A DNA stretch of 64,000 nt from Armatimonadota bacterium (GCA_039811685.1 JBDHZC010000002.1:512001-576000), one strand, 5' to 3'. Numbered from the stretch's first letter, positions 12,401-20,208 are shown. The notes: generated by a model not told the origin, from the letters alone. Translations and numbers: made by a program.

Positions 12401-13521
12401 GGCGTACTATCACGCACAAACGAATAGAGTTTGCCGTCGCTGCACCCCGCGTAAAGTGTCCCGTCCTGAGCGATAGCGGCCGAGCTGTAGCCAGACCCGC
12501 CCAGTGACGACTGCCACAGGATAGAGCCATCCGGCTGAAACGCGTACAGCTTGCCGTCGAAAGACGGGCAATAAATCGTGTCGTCTCCGCCGACGGCTGG
12601 GGAAGCCTGAATTTTGTCCCCTGTCGCGGTGCGCCACTTGAGCGTGCCTTGAGGAGTAATTGCGTAGAGATAGGTATTGTCTGAACCTATGTAAATGGTG
12701 CCATCAGAGCCTATGGCCGGTGAAGATGTCACTGCCGCGCCAATGTTGTAGCTCCAGTTCAGCACGCCAGCCTGAACAGCGTACAGATAGCCGTCCGCGC
12801 TCGCTATGTAGACGACTCCGGCGCTGTCGATGGCCGGAGAGGAGTCGAGACGGTTAGAGGCTCGATAACGCCATGCCCGCGTACCGTTTGGCTGCAAGCA
12901 GTACAGGTAGCCGTCCTGCGCTCCGAAATAGATCCGTCCGTCCGCGCCGATTGCCGCTGAAGACAGGATCGGAAACGCCACGTAGTAATTCCACTTGATG
13001 GAACCGTTCGAGTTAATCGCGTAGAAACGGCCGTTTGTCGATCCGCAATACACTGTTCCATCAGGCGCTACTGCCGGGGAAGCCTTGACCTGCTTCCCAA
13101 TACCAGTGCGCCACTTCAGAGTTCCGGATGACGTAATGGCGTAAACATAATAATCATCTGACCCGACGTAGACTGTTCCGTCTGATCCAACAGTTGGCGA
13201 AGAATAGCTGCCGGAGTGGACGTTGTAGCGCCACTTCTGTGTGCCGTCCGGATTGACGGCGTAAAGGTACTGATCCTGCGAGACAAAGTAAACTGTCCCG
13301 TCCGGCGCCACCGCCGGCGATGAAGATATGCCTGCGCCTGTGGTGAATGTCCAGCCCGCAATTCCCACCGACGGCCCGACGGTTGCCGTCCGTCCAGTAC
13401 CGCGGATATCGGCACGGAAGCGTGGCCACCCGCTCTGGGCAAGCTGCGCCAGAGAAGGAGCTGATGCGGCTGCCAGCCCTGCCGAAACGAGCACAGCGAT
13501 TGCTATTGACCTGATGCGCAC
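6484..13521 (-). CDS. Giant secreted protein (~2345 aa): PQQ-like beta-propeller, 13 FN3-like repeats, second PQQ-like propeller, 1 FN3-like repeat, shared C-terminal OB-like module
   Basis: GTG start after a GGAGGAGG RBS; signal peptide (..SAPSLA). Repeats SSPA(I/V)xxDGTIYxGSxDGxLYAxxxxGxxKW form the propellers, and ~101-aa repeats DxTPPxTPVVTDDG...W...YQYAIGT...TYYFSVRAxNxAG form the stalk. Confidence 0.9.
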   Translation of the reverse strand: MRIRSIAIAVLVSAGLAAASAPSLAQLAQSGWPRFRADIRGTGRTATVGPSVGIAGWTFTTGAGISSSPAVAPDGTVYFVSQDQYLYAVNPDGTQKWRYNVHSGSYSSPTVGSDGTVYVGSDDYYVYAITSSGTLKWRTGIGKQVKASPAVAPDGTVYCGSTNGRFYAINSNGSIKWNYYVAFPILSSAAIGADGRIYFGAQDGYLYCLQPNGTRAWRYRASNRLDSSPAIDSAGVVYIASADGYLYAVQAGVLNWSYNIGAAVTSSPAIGSDGTIYIGSDNTYLYAITPQGTLKWRTATGDKIQASPAVGGDDTIYCPSFDGKLYAFQPDGSILWQSSLGGSGYSSAAIAQDGTLYAGCSDGKLYSFVRDSTPPTTPVVVDDGSYSTSATSLHATWSASDPETGISEYQYAIGTTSGGTDVLGWTSTGTAASVTRSGLALTNGARYYFSVKAKNGAGVWSDIGVSDGITVDFTPPSTPVVTDDGQYTNLSTSLHASWTSADAESGITLYEYAIGTSPGAVNVVGWTSTGQTASVTRAGLNLQDGVTYYFSVRATNAAGLVSSVGTSDGIKLDRTPPSTPVVTDDGSYSTSSSSLHATWSSSDPESGIAFYEYAIGSGQGQTDVKGWTQTNATSVTATGLSLTDGTTYYFSVRATSGAGQLSQVGFSDGVIVDSSPPTTPLITDDGQFTSSPNTLRAWWSSSDPHSAVVGYEYGIGTGGANPDLVGWTSVGSATTVTRNGLPLIDGQTYYFYVRATNGAGLVSQVGKSDGITVDRTPPGAPVVTDDGAFTSSANSLHAVWSASDPVSGIADYQYAIGTSPGGTEVTGWASTGGAAEVTRTGLSLQDGVTYYISVRARNGADLWSSVGVSDGIRLDLTPPSTPVVTDDGQYTSQRNQLHGSWIATDVQSAIAEYQYAIGTTPGATNVLGWTSAGTALQATATGLQLQDGVVYYIAVKARNGAGLWSAVGVSDGITVDGSAPSAPVVTDDGAFSSATDSLHATWSASDPESGVIEYQYAIGTTLGAANVVNWTSVGGTTSVTRSGLSLAEGVTYYFSVRARNGAGLLGPVGSSDGITIDRSPPTTPVVTDDGVYTSSTDTLHATWSASDPQSGIAEYQYAIGASPGSSNVVNWTSTGTNSFVEATGLNLQNGVTYYFSVRALNQAGHWSSSGFSDGITVDSSGPGRPVVTDDGDYTQSGTTLHATWTADPGVSGITEYQYAIGTTSGATNIVNWTSTGTTAGVTRSGLSLQDGVTYYFAVRARNAVGVMSPIGVSDGITVDRTPPTQPTVTDDGAYSSSATSLHASWAASDPQSGIAKYEYAIGTAPGLTNVVNWTSAGTDTQVTRSGLNLTEGGVYYFSVRATNGAGLVSAVGVSDGIIIDSSPPSTPTVIDDGEFTTVNASLHASWSAADAQSGIAEYQYAIGTTSGATDVVNWTSAGTALQVTRAGLSLQDGQTYYFAVKARNNASQWSAVGTSNGITVDASAPSRPAVTDDGEYTSSTNTLHAVWSSSEPHTAIVEYQYAIGTSPGGTSVVNWTSTGITPSVTRNGLSLSEGVVYYFAVRARNSVNLWSQVGTSDGIAVDTTPPSTPVVTDDGDVTASGDFLQASWSASDPQGGIAEFQYAIGTSPGGTDVVPFTSAGAATQISRSGLSLNPGQTYYFAVKARNKAGLWSAVGVSDGITYVSSVTWSKFRGDSKNRGISNLSGSRVGALMWEYNVNGWLDSSPAIAGDGTIYYGSGDGKLYAISRNGTLKWTYQTNGPVDSSPAIGANGTVFFGSYDGYLYSLASNGQLRWRFNAGDAIWSSPLITPDQTVYFGCQDWSFYALNPDGTQKWKYTTGGSLWSSPALSDTGSIYFGSGDGAIYALDAATGTLQWKYQTGSAVDASPAIGPDGAIFAGSGDGYFYALNPNGTLKWRYYMGWPPDCSPSVTPDGTVYVGFGNDWSYGLFMALNPNGTVKWQFDANGMVRSSPVVSQDGYIYFGSGDGHVYALDTGGNLKWQYQTGYAVLSSPVISNDGSVVVASYNGTVFNFKDSNIADSTPPITPTVLDTGAATTSLTTLSASWSSSDPESGVVEYRYAIGTWPGTDDVIPWTSVGTQTSVTRSDLDLTPGVVYYFSATARNGARIWSATGFSDGILVVQSAAQQNIGQAKLNSDGVVVNLAGKIVTAVYADCFYVEEPSRGAAIKVVPTGQVMPSEGSEVSIAGALINSGGERAIRLSTLQITNSAQQIAPVVMRNKDLGGGPPASGQPGVTGGNGLNSIGLLCKTTGRITAIDAGYWVMDDGSGVSDPAGGSGIKVSFSGLASGQVITPPAIGQMVTVTGVISMEPASGGYRSVLRPRRQSDIE
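8476..12411 (-). repeat. 13 tandem ~303-bp intragenic repeats encoding FN3/Ig-like domains
   Basis: Thirteen consecutive units start D-x-(T/S)-(P/A/G)-P and end SDG(I/V)xx (one unit SNG); 3936 bp / 13 is about 303 bp. DNA copies are diverged while the protein motifs are conserved. Confidence 0.88.
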
Positions 13522-13603
13522 TCCCGACTTCCTCCTCCATACCAGAGCGCATTTGCCAGAGAGGCTAAGCACCGATATCCGCGCAAAGTACGATTACTCC
13601 TGT

Positions 13604-16600
13604 CTAAGGGGCCGCAATATCCGACTGCTTTCGCGCCAGGATCCGGCGTCTGAGTGTGGTCCCGGAGGACTCTGACGAGCTGACACCTGTAACTATCAAC
13701 GCGTCGCCAAGCGCGGGCTTGGTGAGGGAGCCGCACTGAACCTTGACACCCTGATGCCCGGAGCCATCGTCAAGGGCTTTGCCGTCGTCTAGATAAAAGA
13801 ACGGCTCTGCTCCTGTGCCGACATAGGTCACCTTGCCGGCCATTCTGATAAGCAGACCCACGTTGTTGGAACCCAGGAATGCCGAGCCGATATTCGTGTT
13901 GATGAGCAACCCTGTACCGCCGATGCTGAAGCTGCGCATGGTGAGCGGCGCCGGAATCACTCCGGCCGGATTGACCACCGTCACGTTTGAAGCGGTAATC
14001 TGGCGCTCGCTGCCGACAGTCTCAATCGTGCCCATAATATCCACTACGTTGCCTTCCTGGACATTCGCATTGGTGACAACTTTGATTCCTGCGACACGGT
14101 TGGGTTCTTCAATGTAGAAGATACCGCCCAGCTGATCTGTCCCGGCAATAGCCACCTTGCCTGATATGGAAACACTCGTTCCGTCGCTCAGGGCCTTGGC
14201 TGCCTCGATGGTGGGCACGACAATAGCATTCGGGTCATTCAACGTCCTGCCAACCAGACGTTTGGACGCGTTTTTGAAACGGGAGTAGAAAACAGCCTGC
14301 GCTGAAGCGCCGCCAGCAATGACGGGGGCGTACTCTGAATAGTTCGAACTCGCCATCACTGTCGGATTGGCGTCAATCACAATCCCCGCTGCGTTCAGCC
14401 GGGTGAGGTAGATGTCGTAGTTGGATACTGCAGCGCGATTGTCCTGCCAGGCAACGATGTAGTTGGAGCCTGCCCAGCACAGACTGGGCGCGCTCTGCTC
14501 ATTCGGAGCCGTGACAATCGCCAGATCACTTCCAACAACCGCAGCCGCCGTGGACAGTCGCGTTCCGTAGATATCAAAGACGTAGTTGTTCCGCGCGTCC
14601 GACCAGACGACCAGATACTCAGAGCCATTGTAGGCTATCTTCGGTTGCGCCTTCAGGGACGGCGCGGACGAAAGCTGCACTCCCGCGGCCTGGCCGATCG
14701 AGCCGTTGTTCAGCACTTTTGTCGCGTAGATGTCGCCCTGACCCGAGCGCTGATCCTGCCAGACCACCATGAAATCCGTGCCGTCCGAAGCTACGGAAGG
14801 CTCAAGCTGATCGCCCAGAGCCCCACTCACGACGCCGCTAAGAGGCATCAACGCGCCGGCAGAAGTGACAAAAGTCCCCATAATATCGGTGAAGTAGTTC
14901 GGCGCGAGGCCGGTTCGCTGGTCGCGCCACACAACGAGATACTTCGTACCGTTCCACGCTATGGAAGGCTGACTCTGATCGAGATCGGCAGAAGCGATGA
15001 GGATAGGGGAACCGACCGGCTGCATGTTCGCGTCCAGCCGAACACCCCGGATATCGTAGCTGTAACCGATGAACTCCTTCCACGCCACCAGATAACCCGA
15101 TCCACTCCACGCGATCGCGGGTTCCAACTGCTCCGCACCCGCGGCCAGCAAGATACCCTGCGCATCCTGCACAATGCCGTTGCTGTCAACCCTGGCGCCG
15201 TAAATCTGGTAGTAACCGTTGCGGCGATCGGCCCAGACTACTCCGTAACCATTTCCATTCCAGCAGGCTGCATAGGATGGCTGGCTCTGAATCGCGCTTG
15301 AAACGAGATTGGTGCTTACGATTCCTCCGAAGACGTTCATCTTCGTTACGAACACGTCGGAGTTCGTCGGATCAATGGTGTACCAGGCGACCAGACCAGG
15401 AGCGATACGCGGACCCCTGTTTCCCGTGGAGGCATTGGTGACGACCGGAAACGGCTGCAAATCGAGAGTCTGAGCGCTGCTGTTCAGCCTGCAACCTTTG
15501 ATGTAGCGCGTGCCAACCTGACGGTCCCGCCACACCACCATAAACTGCGTTCCGTCCCAGGTAATGTCCGGTATCTCCTGATCCCCACTGCCCGGAAAGA
15601 TAGACTTGCCGCCGGTATCGACCACCGACCCGGCTGTTGTGTATCGCGTCCCGTAGATGTCGAGATCGCTTCCTCTGCCGTCCTGCCAGACAATAATAGC
15701 TGTCCCGGTGGAATCGCACGCCACAGACGGGGAGAGCTGCGGGCCCAGAGCCCCGGCGGCAGGAGCGCCCGCGCGGTTTGAGATCAGAGTGTCACCGCCC
15801 TGCTTCTGTGTGGAGGAGTTGATGCGGCAGCCGTAGATGTCCGTGTCGCTTGATTCAGAGTTGCGCTGGTCTTCCCAGACCACCACGTAGTTTGTCCCGT
15901 TCCACGCGATATCCGGATTCTGCTGGTTGTCTGCGGTGAAGGCGATAGCCGATCTGTTGGTCACAGCGCCCGCCGCGGTCACTCGCGCTCCGACAATGTC
16001 GAATCCGGTTCCCTGATTCTCCTGCCACACCACGTGCCAGTCCGTGCCGTTGCTGGCCACCGCCGGCAGATACTGCTCTGGGACGGGATTGTTAGGATTG
16101 ATCGGGGCCGTTATCGAAATCGGGAAGCCGTCCGGATCCAGAATGCTGCCGGAGGTGCTGACGCGCGCGCCGTAGATGTGCGGCTTGGAGTCCACCGCGC
16201 GACGGTCCGACCACACCACCAGAAAGTTCGAGCCGTTCCAGGCGACAGCCGGATTCATCTGGTCGCGCGCCGCGTGACCACCACTCGAGGTAGAAGAGAT
16301 CAGGAAAGCCTCTCCCATTGCCGGGACGCCGCTGGAATCGAGAAAGATCCCGTAGATGTCGTAGCCCGTATCAGGATCATTCGAGGAGTTCAGACGATTT
16401 CGGCTGTCCTGCCACACGACGAGATAGCCTGTCCCGCCCGCTGCGACCGCGGGAGCTTCCTGCGTGAAAGGCGCCGCAACACTGACCTGCCCGACCGGAA
16501 ACTCCGGACCTGCGGCGATCTCTGCCGCTCGCGCCTCCCCAATCAGAGCGCATCCGGCCAGCGCTACCCATGCGATCAGACTGCTGCGTACGATTGTGCG

Positions 16601-16609
16601 ACTTTTCAT
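13604..16609 (-). CDS. Secreted beta-propeller repeat protein (~14 blades) with shared C-terminal OB-like module
   Basis: ATG after an AGAGGA RBS; signal peptide (..GEARA). About 14 repeats of Q-x-x-P-x-(I/V)-A-W-N-G-x-x-Y-L-V-V-W-x-D-x-R...D-I-Y-G-x-R; ends RRILARKQSDIAAP. Confidence 0.85.
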   Translation of the reverse strand: MKSRTIVRSSLIAWVALAGCALIGEARAAEIAAGPEFPVGQVSVAAPFTQEAPAVAAGGTGYLVVWQDSRNRLNSSNDPDTGYDIYGIFLDSSGVPAMGEAFLISSTSSGGHAARDQMNPAVAWNGSNFLVVWSDRRAVDSKPHIYGARVSTSGSILDPDGFPISITAPINPNNPVPEQYLPAVASNGTDWHVVWQENQGTGFDIVGARVTAAGAVTNRSAIAFTADNQQNPDIAWNGTNYVVVWEDQRNSESSDTDIYGCRINSSTQKQGGDTLISNRAGAPAAGALGPQLSPSVACDSTGTAIIVWQDGRGSDLDIYGTRYTTAGSVVDTGGKSIFPGSGDQEIPDITWDGTQFMVVWRDRQVGTRYIKGCRLNSSAQTLDLQPFPVVTNASTGNRGPRIAPGLVAWYTIDPTNSDVFVTKMNVFGGIVSTNLVSSAIQSQPSYAACWNGNGYGVVWADRRNGYYQIYGARVDSNGIVQDAQGILLAAGAEQLEPAIAWSGSGYLVAWKEFIGYSYDIRGVRLDANMQPVGSPILIASADLDQSQPSIAWNGTKYLVVWRDQRTGLAPNYFTDIMGTFVTSAGALMPLSGVVSGALGDQLEPSVASDGTDFMVVWQDQRSGQGDIYATKVLNNGSIGQAAGVQLSSAPSLKAQPKIAYNGSEYLVVWSDARNNYVFDIYGTRLSTAAAVVGSDLAIVTAPNEQSAPSLCWAGSNYIVAWQDNRAAVSNYDIYLTRLNAAGIVIDANPTVMASSNYSEYAPVIAGGASAQAVFYSRFKNASKRLVGRTLNDPNAIVVPTIEAAKALSDGTSVSISGKVAIAGTDQLGGIFYIEEPNRVAGIKVVTNANVQEGNVVDIMGTIETVGSERQITASNVTVVNPAGVIPAPLTMRSFSIGGTGLLINTNIGSAFLGSNNVGLLIRMAGKVTYVGTGAEPFFYLDDGKALDDGSGHQGVKVQCGSLTKPALGDALIVTGVSSSESSGTTLRRRILARKQSDIAAP

Positions 16610-17060
16610 GAATCCTCTACCTCTATCGGGCTCGCCAGAGTACCTGGCGGCCTCTCCCTGCTGTCGCAATGGAGCCAGAACCAAAATCGTCTCCTGTTCC
16701 GCTACCTGTCAGGCGAAAGCAAGCGCGACGAACGATCCACAGCGATCTCTCCCTCGCAATGAAGCAGCCAACTGCTCCACACGCGCGGAAACAAACCAAG
16801 GGCTAACCAGTAGGGGCGCACAAACAATAGCAGCACTGAGCGTGCAGGCTACGTGACGCCACCGCGAAGAGAGGTGACGAAACGCATGCCACTTCAGTTC
16901 AGATTTGGAGTTGTGTCCCAGGTTAGCGGCAATCCAGCATTCTGGCCGGCTGCCCGATCTTCAGTTTGCGTCCAGACCCGCGCAACGCCTCTGGCGTAGC
17001 GGCTTCTCCTTTCGGGCCTGGCGCAAAGAAATCTGTTTGGCTGGCAAAGAGCCCCGAAGC

Positions 17061-17699
17061 TTAGCCTGCCTTCTTCTCACCGTAGTCCGGCATCTTTCGC
17101 ATCGTCATCCCCTTAGGGAGATCAAACTTTGAGTCCGCTACGGGGACACCGGTCTTGTAAGACTTGTAGGTGTAGGTCACCGTGTCCGTAGCCTTCACGC
17201 CAGTCGTGATAAGCTTCAAAGGTTCATAGCTGACGGGCCTCACCCACAGCTTGCACTTCCACTTTGTCTTGGACTCGGTATAGGTGTACACGTTGGCTGG
17301 CTTTCCACCGATTTTTTCCGTTCCCACCTTCCTGGCGCCCTGGCTCTGGAGAAATTTCTGAACGTTGCCAATCGGTCCAGGTACGTAGCTCATAGGAGTA
17401 TCGCGAAGAGTACCCCTGGGATATTCCACAATGAACTTTCTCGCGCTGTTCACCATGAAGGTGCCTTTGGAGTTCTTAATTGCCTGCAGCCTTATTCCCG
17501 GTGAGTCCATATCCCAGTAGAAGAAGTCGCCCTTGATAGTCATGGAACGAGGACCCATATCACCCTGAGGAGACTTCGCCGAGACCTGATAAACTGTAGT
17601 GTCCGGCTTTGCGGACTTGGAAGGCTTAACCGGTGCGGCCAGTACAGCCTGAGATGCCAGAAGTGCGGCCAGAAGCCCACCTGTAATGGTCTTGTTCAT
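17061..17699 (-). CDS. Secreted LolA-like/DUF4412-like protein
   Basis: ATG after a GAGGAG RBS; signal peptide (..QAVLA). Motifs KVGTEKIGGKPANVY...LWV....PLK and C-terminal DSKFDLPKG are typical of LolA-fold/DUF4412 proteins. Confidence 0.65.
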   Translation of the reverse strand: MNKTITGGLLAALLASQAVLAAPVKPSKSAKPDTTVYQVSAKSPQGDMGPRSMTIKGDFFYWDMDSPGIRLQAIKNSKGTFMVNSARKFIVEYPRGTLRDTPMSYVPGPIGNVQKFLQSQGARKVGTEKIGGKPANVYTYTESKTKWKCKLWVRPVSYEPLKLITTGVKATDTVTYTYKSYKTGVPVADSKFDLPKGMTMRKMPDYGEKKAG

Positions 17700-18297
17700 T
17701 TCTCTCCTCATGCAATCAATGAAACGCGCCACGCAACACATTCAGCCTCGAAGAACAGCCAGCACGCGCACGGACCTAAACACCTGTCACATCTTTGGGT
17801 AGCCCGATGGTATTGTGCCAAGTTCGGCAGCGGAACCCTCTATAGAAAAACAGCATCTGGGAAGCGCCCGGCCAGTCTCCCGGCGCTTTGCGCGTAAGGA
17901 ATCCGGACTTGTCAGAATGACGCTGTACGAACCACGCGCGGCTTCGTGAGCTTTCAGGAGGCCTGAAAAACGGCGGCCAGGCTTCATGGCTTATGAAATC
18001 TGCAGGCGACAGGCGACCGCGAGTCGGCCCGCCCACTCGTCTCTGCCTCTAATTCATGATAACCCACGATTGTTCAGTTGTGGAGGCCAATTCTGACGTG
18101 AGGACGAGTATCTCCGACCTTCAGAGGCTGTGAAAACCAGGCTGATGAGGAAGGCGCTCTATGGGCATCAGCGCGTTCACGAACTCTGGATCGCCTCGCA
18201 GTTTTTCACGGCTGAGCCAGGCGAGCAATCCTAATCCGGTGCAACGAGTTGAACGCCATCGAAGGCGTTGCCACCTCCAGCGCGGTCTCCCAAGAAC

Positions 18298-18332
18298 CGA
18301 AAGAAGGCTCCGGCGGTAAAGCCGGAGCCTTC
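18298..18332 (-). terminator. Intrinsic terminator downstream of the 18398-19297 gene
   Basis: Perfect 12-bp stem GAAGGCTCCGGC / GCCGGAGCCTTC with a 6-nt loop, followed on the minus strand by TTTCGGTTCTT. Confidence 0.75.
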
Positions 18333-18397
18333 AGGGTGGAACTCGAGTTACCTAGACTTCGCCAGGCGGCTCGGGTTCTTCACTTTCGCCCGGATAA

Positions 18398-19297
18398 TTA
18401 CTTATTGGGCTGAAAGATACCCCCCCTTGTGACGTACTCAATGTCGACCAGGAGCTTGCAGCAGGCCGGATTCTCGAGAGTATTCGCGATACCGGTCCCT
18501 GGGCCTGTCGGGCTCGGGAACGCCGGAGAGGCGCCGATGCAGGCATCCATAACACCAAGCTCAAAGTCGCCGAGGATCAGACCGGCGCTCACAGTGTCAC
18601 CAGCGGAAGCAGCGGCCTCAGCCGAGCTCAGCCAGGAGAGCAACTGCGGATACAGGCACTCGTCGCTGATCAGCGGAACCTCGTCCAGACCGAACGGGAG
18701 CTCGTGGAACAGGCGGACGGCGTTGGCGATTGAGCCAAGCGTAGCGTCCACATGCCACTTCCACACTTCCTGATGCACGTAGGCCGGCGGGTTCGGGCCA
18801 GCGCCATCGTCATCGTACGGAAGGGTTGTTCCGTAGAGGATGGTCAGGGTCCAGTTCGTGCCAGGCACTTCATACATCAGCGGCCACCAGGTTCGAATGT
18901 TCGCGGTGCCCTGCTGAGGGATGTTCTTCACGGGGAAGACATCGCTGCACTGAATGTACGGAGGCGTGGTCTTCTGAAGAACAACGTTCTTGATGCTCCA
19001 CGCATTGCCGGACTGTCCAGCACTGATGTGCGGGATGCCGTCTTTGGCGGCGCCGACAAAGTTCTCCCAGTTGGCGCCGCCCTCGATGGACAGAACGCCA
19101 GGAACGGCGCTGATCACGTCAGAGCCGGCGCCAAGGTAACCCTTGGAGCTGAGATTGGTGCCATTGCTGTCGCCAGGATAGGCCTGGTAGACGGCGATCG
19201 ACTGATGGGTGATCGGAACGCTCGCGACGCGGGCAGCATTTGCCCCGACGGAGAGGACCGTAGCACCAGCCACAAACAGCGGTAGATACTTATTCAA
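18398..19297 (-). CDS. Secreted hypothetical protein (~299 aa, 5 Cys)
   Basis: TTG start after a strong AGAAGGAGG RBS; signal peptide MNKYLPLFVAGATVLSVGANA. No recognisable domain. The ORF-track extension to 19648 does not look coding. Confidence 0.8.
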   Translation of the reverse strand: MNKYLPLFVAGATVLSVGANAARVASVPITHQSIAVYQAYPGDSNGTNLSSKGYLGAGSDVISAVPGVLSIEGGANWENFVGAAKDGIPHISAGQSGNAWSIKNVVLQKTTPPYIQCSDVFPVKNIPQQGTANIRTWWPLMYEVPGTNWTLTILYGTTLPYDDDGAGPNPPAYVHQEVWKWHVDATLGSIANAVRLFHELPFGLDEVPLISDECLYPQLLSWLSSAEAAASAGDTVSAGLILGDFELGVMDACIGASPAFPSPTGPGTGIANTLENPACCKLLVDIEYVTRGGIFQPNK

Positions 19298-19766
19298 TGT
19301 AGTTCCTCCTTCTCTTGTAGAGAGGCTTGTCCACCCTGCTCTAAAGAGAAACACACTAGTGTCGTTGTTGTTCAAGGGCTGCGATGTCAAGCTTCCATCC
19401 AGCCAGTTTCCAAGGACGCCGGTCTTTAGTGACCTGGCACCTATCCAACCCAGGATCTGACTCATCCGCATGGCGTCTTTACCAAATCCTGCACGTGCCC
19501 TGGTCGGGAAAACCGGCCGGCTGTATGGCCTTTTCGTCTCGTCTCCTGACGTCTTGACCTTCCCCTGTGCCTGAGCTTGTGAAAGAACAGGCTTTTGCCT
19601 TTGCGGGCATCTGGAGAGAGTCTCAATCTGTCGAAGCCGAGAGCTCAACGCTTGGCCCTTATGTCGTCTGCTCGGGTGGGGGGGCTAGGCCGCAGGCTCT
19701 CCGTTGAGGCATTGGAGAGTTAGTCCCTAACGGCGCAGCTTGCGCCACCCTCACAAAGCTGACTCC

Positions 19767-19793
19767 AGTATACCTTAGTTGGTAGACCGTCAA
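19767..19793 (-). promoter_or_regulatory. Putative sigma-70 promoter ~470 nt upstream of the 19297 start
   Basis: Minus strand TTGACG-N15-TATACT; the spacer is shorter than optimal. Confidence 0.35.
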
Positions 19794-20079
19794 GGGGCAA
19801 TTGGCGAAATTTCAAGCCTGTACGGCTCGAATCAGGTATTTATAACAGGATGCTTTTCACCTCAGCGACGCAACCCGTCTCCATTCCTGACCTTCTTGCC
19901 ACCTGGATCGGTATCGCTTGCGCGCACTCCGACCCTCAGCCTTGCACCCGCTCCTCATCTCAACTGCGCTGCTTGCGCGACGCCGTGTTCCGAGTTAGCG
20001 GTCTGTCATTCAGTATAAAGCTCAGCGCGTCGTTTGTGTCCTAGCAACAATACCAGAAGTTACCTGTAGCAGATCACTC

Positions 20080-20100
20080 AGTTGCCACTGTGTGACAACT
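20080..20100. promoter_or_regulatory. Near-perfect 21-bp palindrome, candidate transcription factor binding site
   Basis: AGTTGCCAC-TGT-GTGACAACT has one mismatch between arms and lies ~43 bp upstream of a -24/-12 motif. Confidence 0.45.
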
Positions 20101-20142
20101 GCTCCTCGTAACTATACGGGGATTCGGCGCTTTTCTTAGTAA

Positions 20143-20157
20143 TGGCACAGAATATGC
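20143..20157 (+). promoter_or_regulatory. Putative sigma-54 (-24/-12) promoter of the PEP-CTERM gene
   Basis: TGGCAC-AGAAT-ATGC gives GG-N10-GC spacing, one mismatch to TGGCAC-N5-TTGC; 51 nt before the ATG at 20209. Confidence 0.55.
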
Positions 20158-20208
20158 GCCCGGCTCTCGTACCGCAGCAGCGTCCACCACGCTCAGCGTA
20201 CAAAAGCC

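Noticed and set aside
16960..16980. GGACGCAAA (minus strand) as a second c-di-GMP riboswitch
   Set aside because: It lacks the GCAAA/GNRA stem and the receptor stem; the sequence is instead one arm of an inverted repeat.
17806..17820. TGGCAC (minus strand) as a sigma-54 promoter for the 17699 gene
   Set aside because: There is no GC at the -12 position.
17742..18297. Small ORFs or an sRNA in the ~550-bp intergenic gap
   Set aside because: The short ORFs lack an RBS or motifs and I could not match any RNA family by eye. Left uncalled rather than excluded.
19298..19648. N-terminal extension of the 18398 ORF (416 aa in the ORF track)
   Set aside because: A strong RBS and a signal peptide begin at TTG 19297, and the extension has no protein-like character.
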